Source: Desulfotalea psychrophila LSv54
Lineage (GTDB): Bacteria > Desulfobacterota > Desulfobulbia > Desulfobulbales > Desulfocapsaceae
Direction of reading: 5' to 3'
Length of the DNA stretch: 32,000 nucleotides
Assembly (NCBI RefSeq): GCF_000025945.1
Contig: NC_006138.1
Span: 600,001 to 632,000, forward strand
The stretch's first letter is position 1. Each line of letters begins with the position of its first letter. The notes under the pieces are model-generated. The model was given only the letters and a program-made list of their open reading frames with translations, was not told the origin of the DNA and did no database searches. Below, piece by piece: positions 18,245-26,399 of the stretch. Both the position numbers and the translations under genes were made by a program.

Positions 18245-19072
18245 ATGAAAAAAGCAGCAAAGGTTGAAATTATTATCATCGGCAATGAAATACTGACCGG
18301 TGATATCTTAGATACCAATACAAATTGGTTATGTGCAATGGTGCATGGACGTGGTGGAGTTGTTACTCGGGTAACTATTGTCCCAGACATACTTGAGGTC
18401 GTGGCAGAGGCAGTTCGTGAGGCCGTATCACGCAAGGTTGATATTATCTTCACCTCCGGCGGATTAGGCCCAACCTCAGACGATTTAACCCTGCAGGCCG
18501 TCGCCATGGGAACAGATCGTCAAGTCGTTTTACACGAGGAGGCCCTTGAGCAGGTAAGACAACAGTATGACCACTTCTTCGCCCAGGGCATTATGGCAGA
18601 GGGAGGTTTAAACCCCGCCCGGCAAAAGATGGCCTGTCTGCCCCAAGGGGGGGAGCCGCTGTTAAATCATGTCGGCACAGCTCCCGGAGTGTCTCTTCTG
18701 ATAGAGCAAACGACTATTATAAGCGTTCCCGGCGTCCCTTCTGAGCTCAAGGATATTATTGAACACTCTCTGCAACAATTTCTCGATGAAACTTTTGCCG
18801 GAGGAGAGGCAATATCACGATGCCTTGCCGTGAAGTGCAACGATGAATCTCTTTTAGAACCGGTACTGATTCAGATAGTAAAAAAATATCCTGAAATTTA
18901 TACCAAATCTTTAGCTACCACAATCGGCGAGAATCCTGAGATGGATATCTTTATGACTCTTTCCGGCATCGGTGAAAAAAAGCCCCTCCTGGAAAAGGCC
19001 TTTGCAGAACTTTGCCAGGGGATTGTCGGTCTTGGTTTTGCAATTAGGAATAAATCAGAGACGCAGAGCTGA
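18245..19072 (+). CDS. CinA-family N-terminal (MoCF-binding/MoaB-MogA-like) domain protein, lacking the PncC deamidase domain
   Basis: 275 aa. VEIIIIGNEILTGDILDTNTNWL and FTSGGLGPTSDDLT motifs. Confidence 0.75.
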   Translation: MKKAAKVEIIIIGNEILTGDILDTNTNWLCAMVHGRGGVVTRVTIVPDILEVVAEAVREAVSRKVDIIFTSGGLGPTSDDLTLQAVAMGTDRQVVLHEEALEQVRQQYDHFFAQGIMAEGGLNPARQKMACLPQGGEPLLNHVGTAPGVSLLIEQTTIISVPGVPSELKDIIEHSLQQFLDETFAGGEAISRCLAVKCNDESLLEPVLIQIVKKYPEIYTKSLATTIGENPEMDIFMTLSGIGEKKPLLEKAFAELCQGIVGLGFAIRNKSETQS

Positions 19073-19295
19073 GAGGCAGGCATGGTAGAGACGTCGATTC
19101 ATCGCGTCTCTGTACGATCAGCGCGCGAACGCACTGTTAGTCGCCCTTAGAAACGGGCTTGTTTTACTCTTTTTGTCAGTTATGGATGGGCCGGTATCAC
19201 TCTTCAGCTTGATAGGTTTAATCGAATAGTACATTTATCATAAGCCTAACATTAATCGTTGCCAAGAAAAGCCTCATTATAACCTTTTGATGGCC

Positions 19296-19440
19296 TAAAA
19301 ATGCTTTTTTTTAGTTCCCCAAAACAGTAGGTTCGCGCCCTGGTTACGCCTGGCTATTTTAAACATGGTTTCAGGCTCCAGGGTATCCCCAGTAGATGCA
19401 ACTCAGCCTTTGGCAGTCTCTCTATAAAGTCCTTCATCAT
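19296..19440 (-). pseudogene. decayed N-terminal remnant of an adenosine/adenine deaminase-family gene
   Basis: Reverse-complement from ATG 19440 (GGGGGA SD 4 nt upstream) reads MMKDFIERLPKAELHL. After a frame change it reads TGDTLEPETMFKIARRNQ..., then stops in all frames. This matches the family N-terminus LPKAELHLHLEG(S/T)LEPE, with the HxH motif disrupted. Confidence 0.65.
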
Positions 19441-19448
19441 TTTTCCCC

Positions 19449-19608
19449 CTAGTGCTCTGTAAAACTTTATCCACCATATATTGTTTGCCCTTTTCTCGCG
19501 CTGACTTCGTTTCTCATTCGGTCACATAGCGCTACTAGCATTCGTGCCTTGCAGCGCACCAAAATGGCTAAACAATATTTACGATATCTAAAGCCTACAA
19601 AGCACTAG
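19449..19608. repeat. extended imperfect inverted repeat (about 160-nt hairpin); structured RNA leader or MITE-like element
   Basis: Hand-paired segments: 19449-61/19596-608 (13 bp, 1 mismatch), 19465-69/19589-93, 19478-86/19570-78, 19487-89/19566-68, 19491-94/19561-64, 19498-503/19552-57. About 40 bp in total. Confidence 0.5.
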
Positions 19609-19676
19609 TAAAAGGATGGGCGGAGGCCCCTGATCATTTTAGCCCCTATGCTATCACAGTTTTTGGGGAGAAAGGA

Positions 19677-19853
19677 ATGCCTAGCTATCAGCGGTCAGCT
19701 ATCAGCTGTCAGCACTGCAGGTGGATGATGGGAATAGGGGAAAAAATGTCTTCAACTGGTGACGTTCGTAGAGACCTGCAAATTGTTTTACTTCTTATTT
19801 CTTTATGGTATCCTTTTTTCATTGTAATTATCTGCAATTATTCACTTACATGA
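19677..19853 (+). CDS. unannotated 58-codon ORF with CxxC and a C-terminal hydrophobic helix; internal 35-codon alternative from ATG 19746
   Basis: MPSYQRSAISCQHCRWMMGIGEKMSSTGDVRRDLQIVLLLISLWYPFFIVIICNYSLT*. SD GGGGAGAAAGGA precedes ATG 19677 and a GGGGA SD precedes ATG 19746. Below the 60-aa track threshold. Confidence 0.3.
   Translation: MPSYQRSAISCQHCRWMMGIGEKMSSTGDVRRDLQIVLLLISLWYPFFIVIICNYSLT
19686..19713. repeat. four tandem heptamers (TATCAGC GGTCAGC TATCAGC TGTCAGC)
   Basis: Read directly from the sequence. Equivalent to a 14-mer repeated twice with one mismatch. Lies in the 5' part of the 58-codon ORF. Confidence 0.8.
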
Positions 19854-19961
19854 GTTGCTCCAGATTTGTTGGTTTGACTGCCGCAAAAAGGCGGATTGAG
19901 TAAGAGAAAAAGTGCGACAGAGTGTTGTTAAATAAATCACATCTTACACAAGGAAAAGACT

Positions 19962-20234
19962 ATGCCTAAATACATAATTGAACGTGAATTTCCCGGAGCG
20001 GGGAAATTGACCGCAAGCGAACTTCAAGGGATATCTTCGAAGTCTTGTGAGGTGTTGCGTGAGCTTGGACCATCGATTCAATGGGTTGAGAGCTACGTAA
20101 CCAAAAACAAAATCTATTGTGTCTATATTGCACCGAATAAAGGCATGGTTGTAGAGCACGCAAGCCAAGGCGGTTTTCCTGCCAACAAAGTGTCGGAAGT
20201 TATGACAAAGATCGATCCAACGACAGCCGAATAA
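19962..20234 (+). CDS. DUF4242 / SCO4226-like small ferredoxin-fold protein
   Basis: 90 aa. MPKYIIEREFPGAG...WVESYVTKNKIYCVYIAPNKGMVVEHASQGGFPANKVSEV..IDP matches the conserved layout of this family as I recall it. AAGGAAAAG RBS. Confidence 0.75.
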   Translation: MPKYIIEREFPGAGKLTASELQGISSKSCEVLRELGPSIQWVESYVTKNKIYCVYIAPNKGMVVEHASQGGFPANKVSEVMTKIDPTTAE

Positions 20235-20320
20235 CCCCAGTGCTTAACTGGCGTTTCCGCTCTTGAGTAGAGTGGGAACGTCTGTGAGAAGGTGAATTAG
20301 ATGGTTTTCTTAGAGCCATC

Positions 20321-20341
20321 TTCCCCTTATCCTAAGGGGAA
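20321..20341. other. 9-bp perfect hairpin between convergent genes
   Basis: TTCCCCTTA-tcc-TAAGGGGAA. No clear U-tract on either strand. Confidence 0.35.
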
Positions 20342-20377
20342 CCTCTCTCGCCTTTTAACTGCAATTGCTTTATTTCC

Positions 20378-20563
20378 CTATGTATTGGGGCCCCTGCTAT
20401 CGGTTGGCTTTTTGTTAAACAAATTTGGCTTGACTTGACGAAGCTCTTTCAACTTATCCATCAGCGTTAAATGCTTTTTACGATTCTTTATCATATCAGG
20501 TAAATCTATGTCCGCCCCACCTCTCTTACCACCACTATCGCCCTGATATAAAGTAATTATCAT
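20378..20563 (-). CDS. hypothetical small Lys-rich protein (coding status doubtful)
   Basis: 61-codon ORF with no SD and no recognised family. Confidence 0.2.
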   Translation of the reverse strand: MIITLYQGDSGGKRGGADIDLPDMIKNRKKHLTLMDKLKELRQVKPNLFNKKPTDSRGPNT

Positions 20564-20818
20564 AGATTTCGAAACCTATTCACCAGATCATTTAGCCGTT
20601 AACCACAACAGTAAACCTCTCGCCACCACTCCACAGCATTATCAATCCCGTCCACATTCGCCATTTGATATTGGCACCGGCCAGGTACTACAATAGATGA
20701 GCAGACTATGGCAGGAAAGACAGCAGCAAAGGGAGTCTCATGGACTTTTCCGTGTACTGGTGGCCACCGAGTTTGGTTCTGGCACACATCCCAATGGTTA
20801 ATTCGATAGGAGATCAAC

Positions 20819-21862
20819 ATGAAAAAACTCATTTTTTGTTTTGATGGCACGTGCAATGACCCTGAAGATTCAGGTGATTTTTTCGAAGACTCTAGCGTCA
20901 GCAACATACTTAAACTACACGCATTTCTTGGAGGATCACTCAACCCACTCAATGCAGAAAACCCCAAGACATCCAACCAACACAGCTTTTATTATAGTGG
21001 TGTTGGAACACGTGGCTCCTGGTTAAAACAAAAATTTAACGCAGTTTTTGCCCCGCCCTATGGTGACATGGATGACATCCTTGATGAAGCTCATAAAGAT
21101 TTAGACAGACAAAACTATAAAAAAGAGGATGAAATTTATATCTTTGGTTTTAGCCGTGGAGCGGCAATTGCCCGAATGTTTGCTGCGAATATTGGCAAAA
21201 AAGTAACTTTTTTGGGTGTATTTGATACCGTTGCTGCGACAAGGGGTTCTCTTGATTTAAATCCAGAGAGTTACCCTGCGAGTGGTATTGTTTTTGAAGA
21301 TGGAACGATTGGAAAACATATTAAAAAAGCTGTTCACCTGGTTTCAATAGATGAAAAACGCCTTGCCTTTCAACCTACTTTATTTAACAAAGATCAAAGG
21401 GTCACAGAAGTATGGTTTGCCGGGGTGCATTCTGATGTTGGTGGTGGTTATTGGTTTGATGGTTTATCCGATATCACTCTAAGGTTTATGATTAATTGCA
21501 TCAAGGACAAGCTACAAGTACTAGACATAAAATCCATAGATTATGGCAAGTTAAAGATAAGTGGCGCTCAAGATGCTATTTGCTTTGATGACCTTAATAT
21601 AAACCCCATAACCAATGGTAAATTACATGAGCAAAAGCGTCCTGGTATTAAGGCAAAAACTCTAGCTCCGCGTTTAATTAGAGTCAACATAGATGACCAA
21701 CCATCAAAAAAAATTCCAATTATTCACCACACTGTTTCTGATAGATTTCATGATGTTACAGAATATCGTCCTTATGCGTTACGCGATGCAAGCTATTACA
21801 TAATGGACAAAAATGGGACTGTTGACACAAAATCAAAACATACAGGCATAGCGAGCCTCTAA
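20819..21862 (+). CDS. DUF2235-domain alpha/beta hydrolase (T6SS Tle1-like phospholipase catalytic fold)
   Basis: 347 aa. LIFCFDGTCND N-terminus, YYSGVGT, nucleophile elbow IFGFSRGA, FLGVFDTVAA, FAGVHSDVGGGY. AGGAG RBS. Noticeably AT-rich. Confidence 0.8.
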   Translation: MKKLIFCFDGTCNDPEDSGDFFEDSSVSNILKLHAFLGGSLNPLNAENPKTSNQHSFYYSGVGTRGSWLKQKFNAVFAPPYGDMDDILDEAHKDLDRQNYKKEDEIYIFGFSRGAAIARMFAANIGKKVTFLGVFDTVAATRGSLDLNPESYPASGIVFEDGTIGKHIKKAVHLVSIDEKRLAFQPTLFNKDQRVTEVWFAGVHSDVGGGYWFDGLSDITLRFMINCIKDKLQVLDIKSIDYGKLKISGAQDAICFDDLNINPITNGKLHEQKRPGIKAKTLAPRLIRVNIDDQPSKKIPIIHHTVSDRFHDVTEYRPYALRDASYYIMDKNGTVDTKSKHTGIASL

Positions 21863-22259
21863 ATTTGATTTAGCCCAGAGCCAACGGTTCTTCATCAGTT
21901 CAGATAGTTTTATGCTTCTCCCTTCAAACCTTTGTCGAATGAAGATGAGTTGAGAGAAGAGATATGGAGAATCGGAGGACTAGCAGTGATGCGAACAGGA
22001 CAGGCTACCAATAGGCAATGGTTTAAGAGAGTCCAACCGGTGGCTGGCAGGGGCTGGAGTAGAGACGATATCCCCCTTAGGAGTTGCTAAGCGCCGTCCT
22101 AGAGCCCTTGCGCAAGATTCCGGCAGCAGAGTGTGGTCCAACCTCTACTGCCCTAACAGAGTACAGCCCAAAAGCCTCAGGCGAACTCTCGGCCTTTACC
22201 AATCAACAACTATGTCAACAACAGTGGTTATCTGAAGATACGAGTCTCTGTAAGAACGA

Positions 22260-22281
22260 AGACAGACTCAAGAGTCTGTCT
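22260..22281 (-). terminator. hairpin terminator downstream of the MCP gene
   Basis: AGACAGACTC pairs with GAGTCTGTCT (10-nt arms). On the minus strand it is followed by TCGTTCTT. Confidence 0.5.
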
Positions 22282-22312
22282 CCATCCACTTATGGGCAAG
22301 GAGAGAAGGGGC

Positions 22313-24223
22313 TTAGTATTTTTTAAAGGCCCCGACAAAGGAGCTGAGGTCTCCAGCCAGAGTACGCAAGTCTTCCACCTTGGCTGCCACCAGATCACTG
22401 TCCTCGGCAATCTCCTCAACACTTCTGTTAACACCTCGAATATCCTCGGCCATCGTAACCGAAACCGCAGAACTTCTGGCCATATGCTCACTGACCTCCT
22501 GAATACCCTGGGAGGCCTGATTAATATTGCTGGCAATCTCCTTGGTGGTTGCCTCCTGCTCTTCGACCGCAATGGCAATAAGAGCAACGGTATCATTAAC
22601 CTCACCAATCACCCGGACAATATCAGCTATCTCCCCCACCGTATCTTCCGTGGTACTCTGAATATTAGCAATCTCTTCCTTAATATCCTCGGTGGCCTCA
22701 CTGGTCTGGCGGGCAAGCTCTTTAATCTCATTTGCAACCACCCCGAAACCCTTACCGGCCTCTCCGGCCCGAGCCGCTTCAATGGTGGCATTAAGGGCCA
22801 ACAAATTGGTCTGATTGGAAATATCGGTTATTACCTCGGTGACCCGACTAATGGCAGCGGCTGCCTTACCCAATATCTCCACCCGTTCCGAGGTACTTTG
22901 GGCCTTAGTCACCGCAAGCTCCGTCACCCCATGCGCGGCACCGGCGTTGGTGGCAATCTCCGAGACTGCAGCAGTCATCTCTTCAGCAGCAGCAGCCACA
23001 AGATTAATATTACCGGAGGCCTGCTCATTGGCAGCAGCAACACTGACCATGCTCTCACCTAGTTCCATGGCGCAGTCTGCCACCTCGGCTGAGGCCGCAA
23101 ATGCCCTGGAGGCATTGCCCTTCATCTTGGCGGCAACATGATGAAACTCATCGGCAGAAGAACCCAACTGTTTAGAATTACCGGCAATGGAACGCACAGT
23201 ACCACTCATCTGCTCCATAAAGAGATCAAACCATGAGGCCAACTCACCAATCTCATTATCCTGCTCTACCTTGAGGCGAATGGTGAGATCACCATCTCCC
23301 TCAGCCACACCCTGCATACCCGTGGCCACCTCCCGCAGAGGTTGGGTGATCGACTGGGCCGTCTTCAGGGCAAAGAGGACACCAAAGAACACTGCCCCAA
23401 TGACCGCACAGACAATGATCCAGAAAGAAAAGCTTACCTTGGAGTTGATACTCAAGGTTCCCTCATCCACCAAGGTTTGGGCAAGAGCGGTTGCCTCCTG
23501 ACTAAGAATCTGCATTTTCTTTTGCAGGGCCTGTTGCTGATCTATATAGCCATAATACTGTTGGAGGAGAACGTTCAACCTATCAAGACGGCTCTGAATC
23601 TCCCTATAGGTGCCCACCAAACGCTCACTATGACCAATAAGCTTTTCCCACACATCAATTTTATGGGCAAATTCTTTGAAATATTTGAGGTTTTTTTCTC
23701 TGGCAGCGGGGGTGGCACGGTTAAAATAGGCAAGGGTGCCCACTCGACAGAGTTGAGCTGAGAGCAGCATATCCTTGATACGAATAGCGCCCTTTTTAAT
23801 AAGAACGTCATAGCCGACAAAGAGCTGCCCTATCTCACCGATCAGGGCCCACTTTTTCTTCTCGAAGCTATCAAGTTGGGCAAAAGTCACCTGGTACTGA
23901 CTATAACGATCAAGCAGTTGGCTAGCGCTCTCACCAGATAGTGATGAGGCTTGGGACTCCAGGGCAGTAAAACTCTGTTGGATCTGTTTACGAGCCTCAT
24001 TCTGCTCGGCAAGACCGTCTTTGTAGCTGTTGAGCAGATAATTCCCGAAATGGCCCTTAGCCTCGGAAAAGAGCTGTTGGGAAATATTGGTCTGTTGATA
24101 TAAAACCATATTTCCCTCTATACTTTTCAACGAAAAAACACCGGCCCCACCGACAATACAGGTAAGGAACAACACCACAGCAAAACCAACACCGACCTGG
24201 GTTCGCAATTTCCAATTTTTCAT
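22313..24223 (-). CDS. methyl-accepting chemotaxis protein
   Basis: Two TM segments flank a sensor region of about 250 aa. HAMP domain. Signalling hairpin [38 protein letters not shown] 24223 (MKNWKL) preferred, with a GGGAGAG RBS; the track start is a TTG 15 nt upstream. Confidence 0.9.
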   Translation of the reverse strand: MKNWKLRTQVGVGFAVVLFLTCIVGGAGVFSLKSIEGNMVLYQQTNISQQLFSEAKGHFGNYLLNSYKDGLAEQNEARKQIQQSFTALESQASSLSGESASQLLDRYSQYQVTFAQLDSFEKKKWALIGEIGQLFVGYDVLIKKGAIRIKDMLLSAQLCRVGTLAYFNRATPAAREKNLKYFKEFAHKIDVWEKLIGHSERLVGTYREIQSRLDRLNVLLQQYYGYIDQQQALQKKMQILSQEATALAQTLVDEGTLSINSKVSFSFWIIVCAVIGAVFFGVLFALKTAQSITQPLREVATGMQGVAEGDGDLTIRLKVEQDNEIGELASWFDLFMEQMSGTVRSIAGNSKQLGSSADEFHHVAAKMKGNASRAFAASAEVADCAMELGESMVSVAAANEQASGNINLVAAAAEEMTAAVSEIATNAGAAHGVTELAVTKAQSTSERVEILGKAAAAISRVTEVITDISNQTNLLALNATIEAARAGEAGKGFGVVANEIKELARQTSEATEDIKEEIANIQSTTEDTVGEIADIVRVIGEVNDTVALIAIAVEEQEATTKEIASNINQASQGIQEVSEHMARSSAVSVTMAEDIRGVNRSVEEIAEDSDLVAAKVEDLRTLAGDLSSFVGAFKKY

Positions 24224-24510
24224 TCCATTCTCTCCCAAAAATTTCTCTGTGCATTCTTTCTATATGAGTTAAAAGCTTACGATTTTTGTCAGGGAAAACA
24301 GCGAGTAAGTGTATAGAGTAGCAGAAAATGAATTTAAGGGCAATTATTCTCCATAGCAGAAATAGAGCAGAACAATGGGCAGAAGAGACAATGCTTTTCA
24401 GTGGAAAAAAATAGGTTCACAACTTACGACAAGCCCCCTGCCTTATGAGGGCCATAAGAAAAAGACTGCGCCTAGAAGTAAAGTGATAAGACAGAAGGGA
24501 AAGGAAGGAC

Positions 24511-24547
24511 AAAAAAATGGCGCTGCGGGAGAAACCCACAGCGCCAT
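24511..24547 (-). terminator. rho-independent terminator of aspS
   Basis: On the minus strand ATGGCGCTG pairs with CAGCGCCAT (9 bp), followed by a T7 run. Lies 26 nt after the aspS stop. Confidence 0.85.
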
Positions 24548-24572
24548 GAAGAAACGGACCAACAGAGAGAGC

Positions 24573-26357
24573 TTACTCCTTCCAATCAGGACGGAGGTAG
24601 AGCTCTGTAAGCTGTTTACGGGCAACAGTAGCAGGCGCCTCGGTAAGGAGACAGGCAGCCTTCTGCGTCTTTGGAAAGGCAATGACATTTCGAATAGAGT
24701 CACTACCGGTAATGAGCATCATCAGACGATCAAGACCAAAGGCAAGTCCACCATGGGGAGGTGCACCAAGTTCAAGAGCGCGAAGGAGAAAACCAAATTT
24801 TTCATCTGCCTCTTCCTTGTCGATACCCAGGGCGGTAAGGACCCGAGCCTGCACATCTCTTTGATGGATACGAATAGAACCACCACCAATCTCAGTACCG
24901 TTTAGAACAAGGTCATAGGCACGGCTGAGTGCTTTGTCAGGAGCAGTTTCCAAAAGATCTAGGTCTTCTTCTCTTGGAGCGGTAAATGGATGGTGAATAG
25001 ACTGGTAGCGGTCTTCCTTCTCGTCATACTCCATAAGAGGGAAGTCGGTTACCCAAACAAAGTTAAACTCCTTCTTATCGAGGAGATCAAGGCGACGAGC
25101 CATCTCAAGACGAAGTTCGCCCAGTACCTGGAAGACAACCTTTTCGCTATCGGCACCAAAGAAGAGAAGATCTCCCTCCTGAGCATCAAGGGCCTCGGCA
25201 ATAGAGGCACGCTCCTCTTCGCTAAAAAACTTAGCAATGGGAGACTGCCATTCGCCATCAGCCTTCATCTTCACCCAGGCAAGACCCTTAGCGCCAAAAA
25301 GGGCCGCATACTCGGTCAGACCGTCCAGATCCTTACGGGAGAAGTGGGCGCAAGCCTTGGCATTGATGGCACGTACGGTTCCACCCTCTTCGGCAATAGC
25401 CCTAAAAACCTTAAAGGAACAGCTCTTGGCAATCTCGGTAAGGTTGACAAGCTCCATGCCAAAACGCATGTCCGGACGATCGCAACCAAAACGCTCCATG
25501 GAATCTGCATAGGTAATATGAGCAAATGGTGGGGTCAGGTCAAGATCCAGAGTTTCCTTAAAGAGAGTTTGAATCATACCCTCGGTCACCTCAATGATCT
25601 GCTCCTCATCAACGAAGGAGAGCTCCATATCGATCTGGGTAAACTCCGGCTGACGATCGGCACGCAGATCTTCATCACGGAAACATTTAACGATCTGATA
25701 GTAACGATCCATACCGGCAATCATCAACAGCTGCTTGAAGAGCTGTGGAGATTGAGGCAGGGCATAAAATTTTCCAGCACTGACGCGACTTGGCACCAAA
25801 TAATCACGCGCACCCTCGGGGGTGGAACGGGTGAGCATTGGTGTTTCGATATCAAGGAACTCGTTATCATTAAGATAGTTGCGAATAGCCTGTACCGCCT
25901 TATGGCGAAGAAGCAGGTTCCGAGCCATCGCCGGACGACGCAGGTCAAGATAGCGATACTGCAGACGTAAATTTTCTGAAACCTCAGTCTCCTCATCCAG
26001 TGGAAAGGGAGGTGTCTCAGAGGTATTTAAGATAACAAGCTCATCCACCAATATCTCTATATCACCGGTACCAAGCTTAGTATTAGCCATATCACCCGGA
26101 CGGGCCGAAACGGTGCCTTTAATTGCCAGGACCCACTCGCTTCGCAGGCTATGAGCCTTGGCGTGTACCTCTGGATTTATTTCTGGATTAAAGACAACTT
26201 GAGTGATTCCTCTTCGATCACGCAGATCTATAAAAATTACTCCACCATGATCACGTCTACGCAGCACCCAGCCCATCAAAATTACCTGTTTGCCGATATC
26301 TTCTTTGCGCAGGGCGTCACAAAAGTGCGTCCTTTTCAAACTTCCCATTGATTCCAT
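24573..26357 (-). CDS. aspS: aspartate--tRNA ligase
   Basis: [11 protein letters not shown]...[29 protein letters not shown]-terminal OB domain. Class II motifs [26 protein letters not shown] and GLDRL. Start is ambiguous: ATG 26357 chosen, with TTG 26396 and ATG 26348 as alternatives. Confidence 0.92.
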   Translation of the reverse strand: MESMGSLKRTHFCDALRKEDIGKQVILMGWVLRRRDHGGVIFIDLRDRRGITQVVFNPEINPEVHAKAHSLRSEWVLAIKGTVSARPGDMANTKLGTGDIEILVDELVILNTSETPPFPLDEETEVSENLRLQYRYLDLRRPAMARNLLLRHKAVQAIRNYLNDNEFLDIETPMLTRSTPEGARDYLVPSRVSAGKFYALPQSPQLFKQLLMIAGMDRYYQIVKCFRDEDLRADRQPEFTQIDMELSFVDEEQIIEVTEGMIQTLFKETLDLDLTPPFAHITYADSMERFGCDRPDMRFGMELVNLTEIAKSCSFKVFRAIAEEGGTVRAINAKACAHFSRKDLDGLTEYAALFGAKGLAWVKMKADGEWQSPIAKFFSEEERASIAEALDAQEGDLLFFGADSEKVVFQVLGELRLEMARRLDLLDKKEFNFVWVTDFPLMEYDEKEDRYQSIHHPFTAPREEDLDLLETAPDKALSRAYDLVLNGTEIGGGSIRIHQRDVQARVLTALGIDKEEADEKFGFLLRALELGAPPHGGLAFGLDRLMMLITGSDSIRNVIAFPKTQKAACLLTEAPATVARKQLTELYLRPDWKE

Positions 26358-26399
26358 AATTGTTTTAATCCAGTTCTTTTTTACGTTTTCTGACAAGAT

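Noticed and set aside
19441-19620. Purine (adenine) riboswitch upstream of the deaminase remnant, by analogy with add riboswitches; also a 6S RNA idea for the long hairpin
   Set aside because: The minus-strand leader lacks the conserved purine-riboswitch junction sequences (UAUAAU..., UUUCUACC, ...CGACUA-like). It is also one long hairpin rather than a three-way junction. For 6S RNA the expected large symmetric central bubble is absent: the unpaired regions are 16 vs 3 nt. It is kept only as an unclassified structured element.
20599-20976. 125-codon minus-strand ORF overlapping the DUF2235 start
   Set aside because: It overlaps the well-supported DUF2235 N-terminus and its RBS, and has no motifs.
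22084-22326. 80-codon plus-strand ORF in the spacer before the MCP gene
   Set aside because: It starts at a TTG without an SD, runs through the MCP terminator hairpin into the MCP 3' end, and resembles no known family. Six-frame reading of 21863-22312 revealed no recognisable pseudogene either.
22292-23062. 256-codon ORF antisense to the MCP signalling domain (also 22815..23141, 23187..23501, 23342..23761)
   Set aside because: MCP coiled-coil regions rich in Ala/Glu/Gln routinely give long stop-free antisense frames. The translations are repetitive and without motifs.
24990-25970. 326-codon ORF antisense to aspS, and 176-codon ORF 24375..24905 spanning the aspS 3' end and terminator
   Set aside because: Opposite a highly conserved aaRS gene. 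The 176-codon ORF runs through the rho-independent terminator. No family resemblance.
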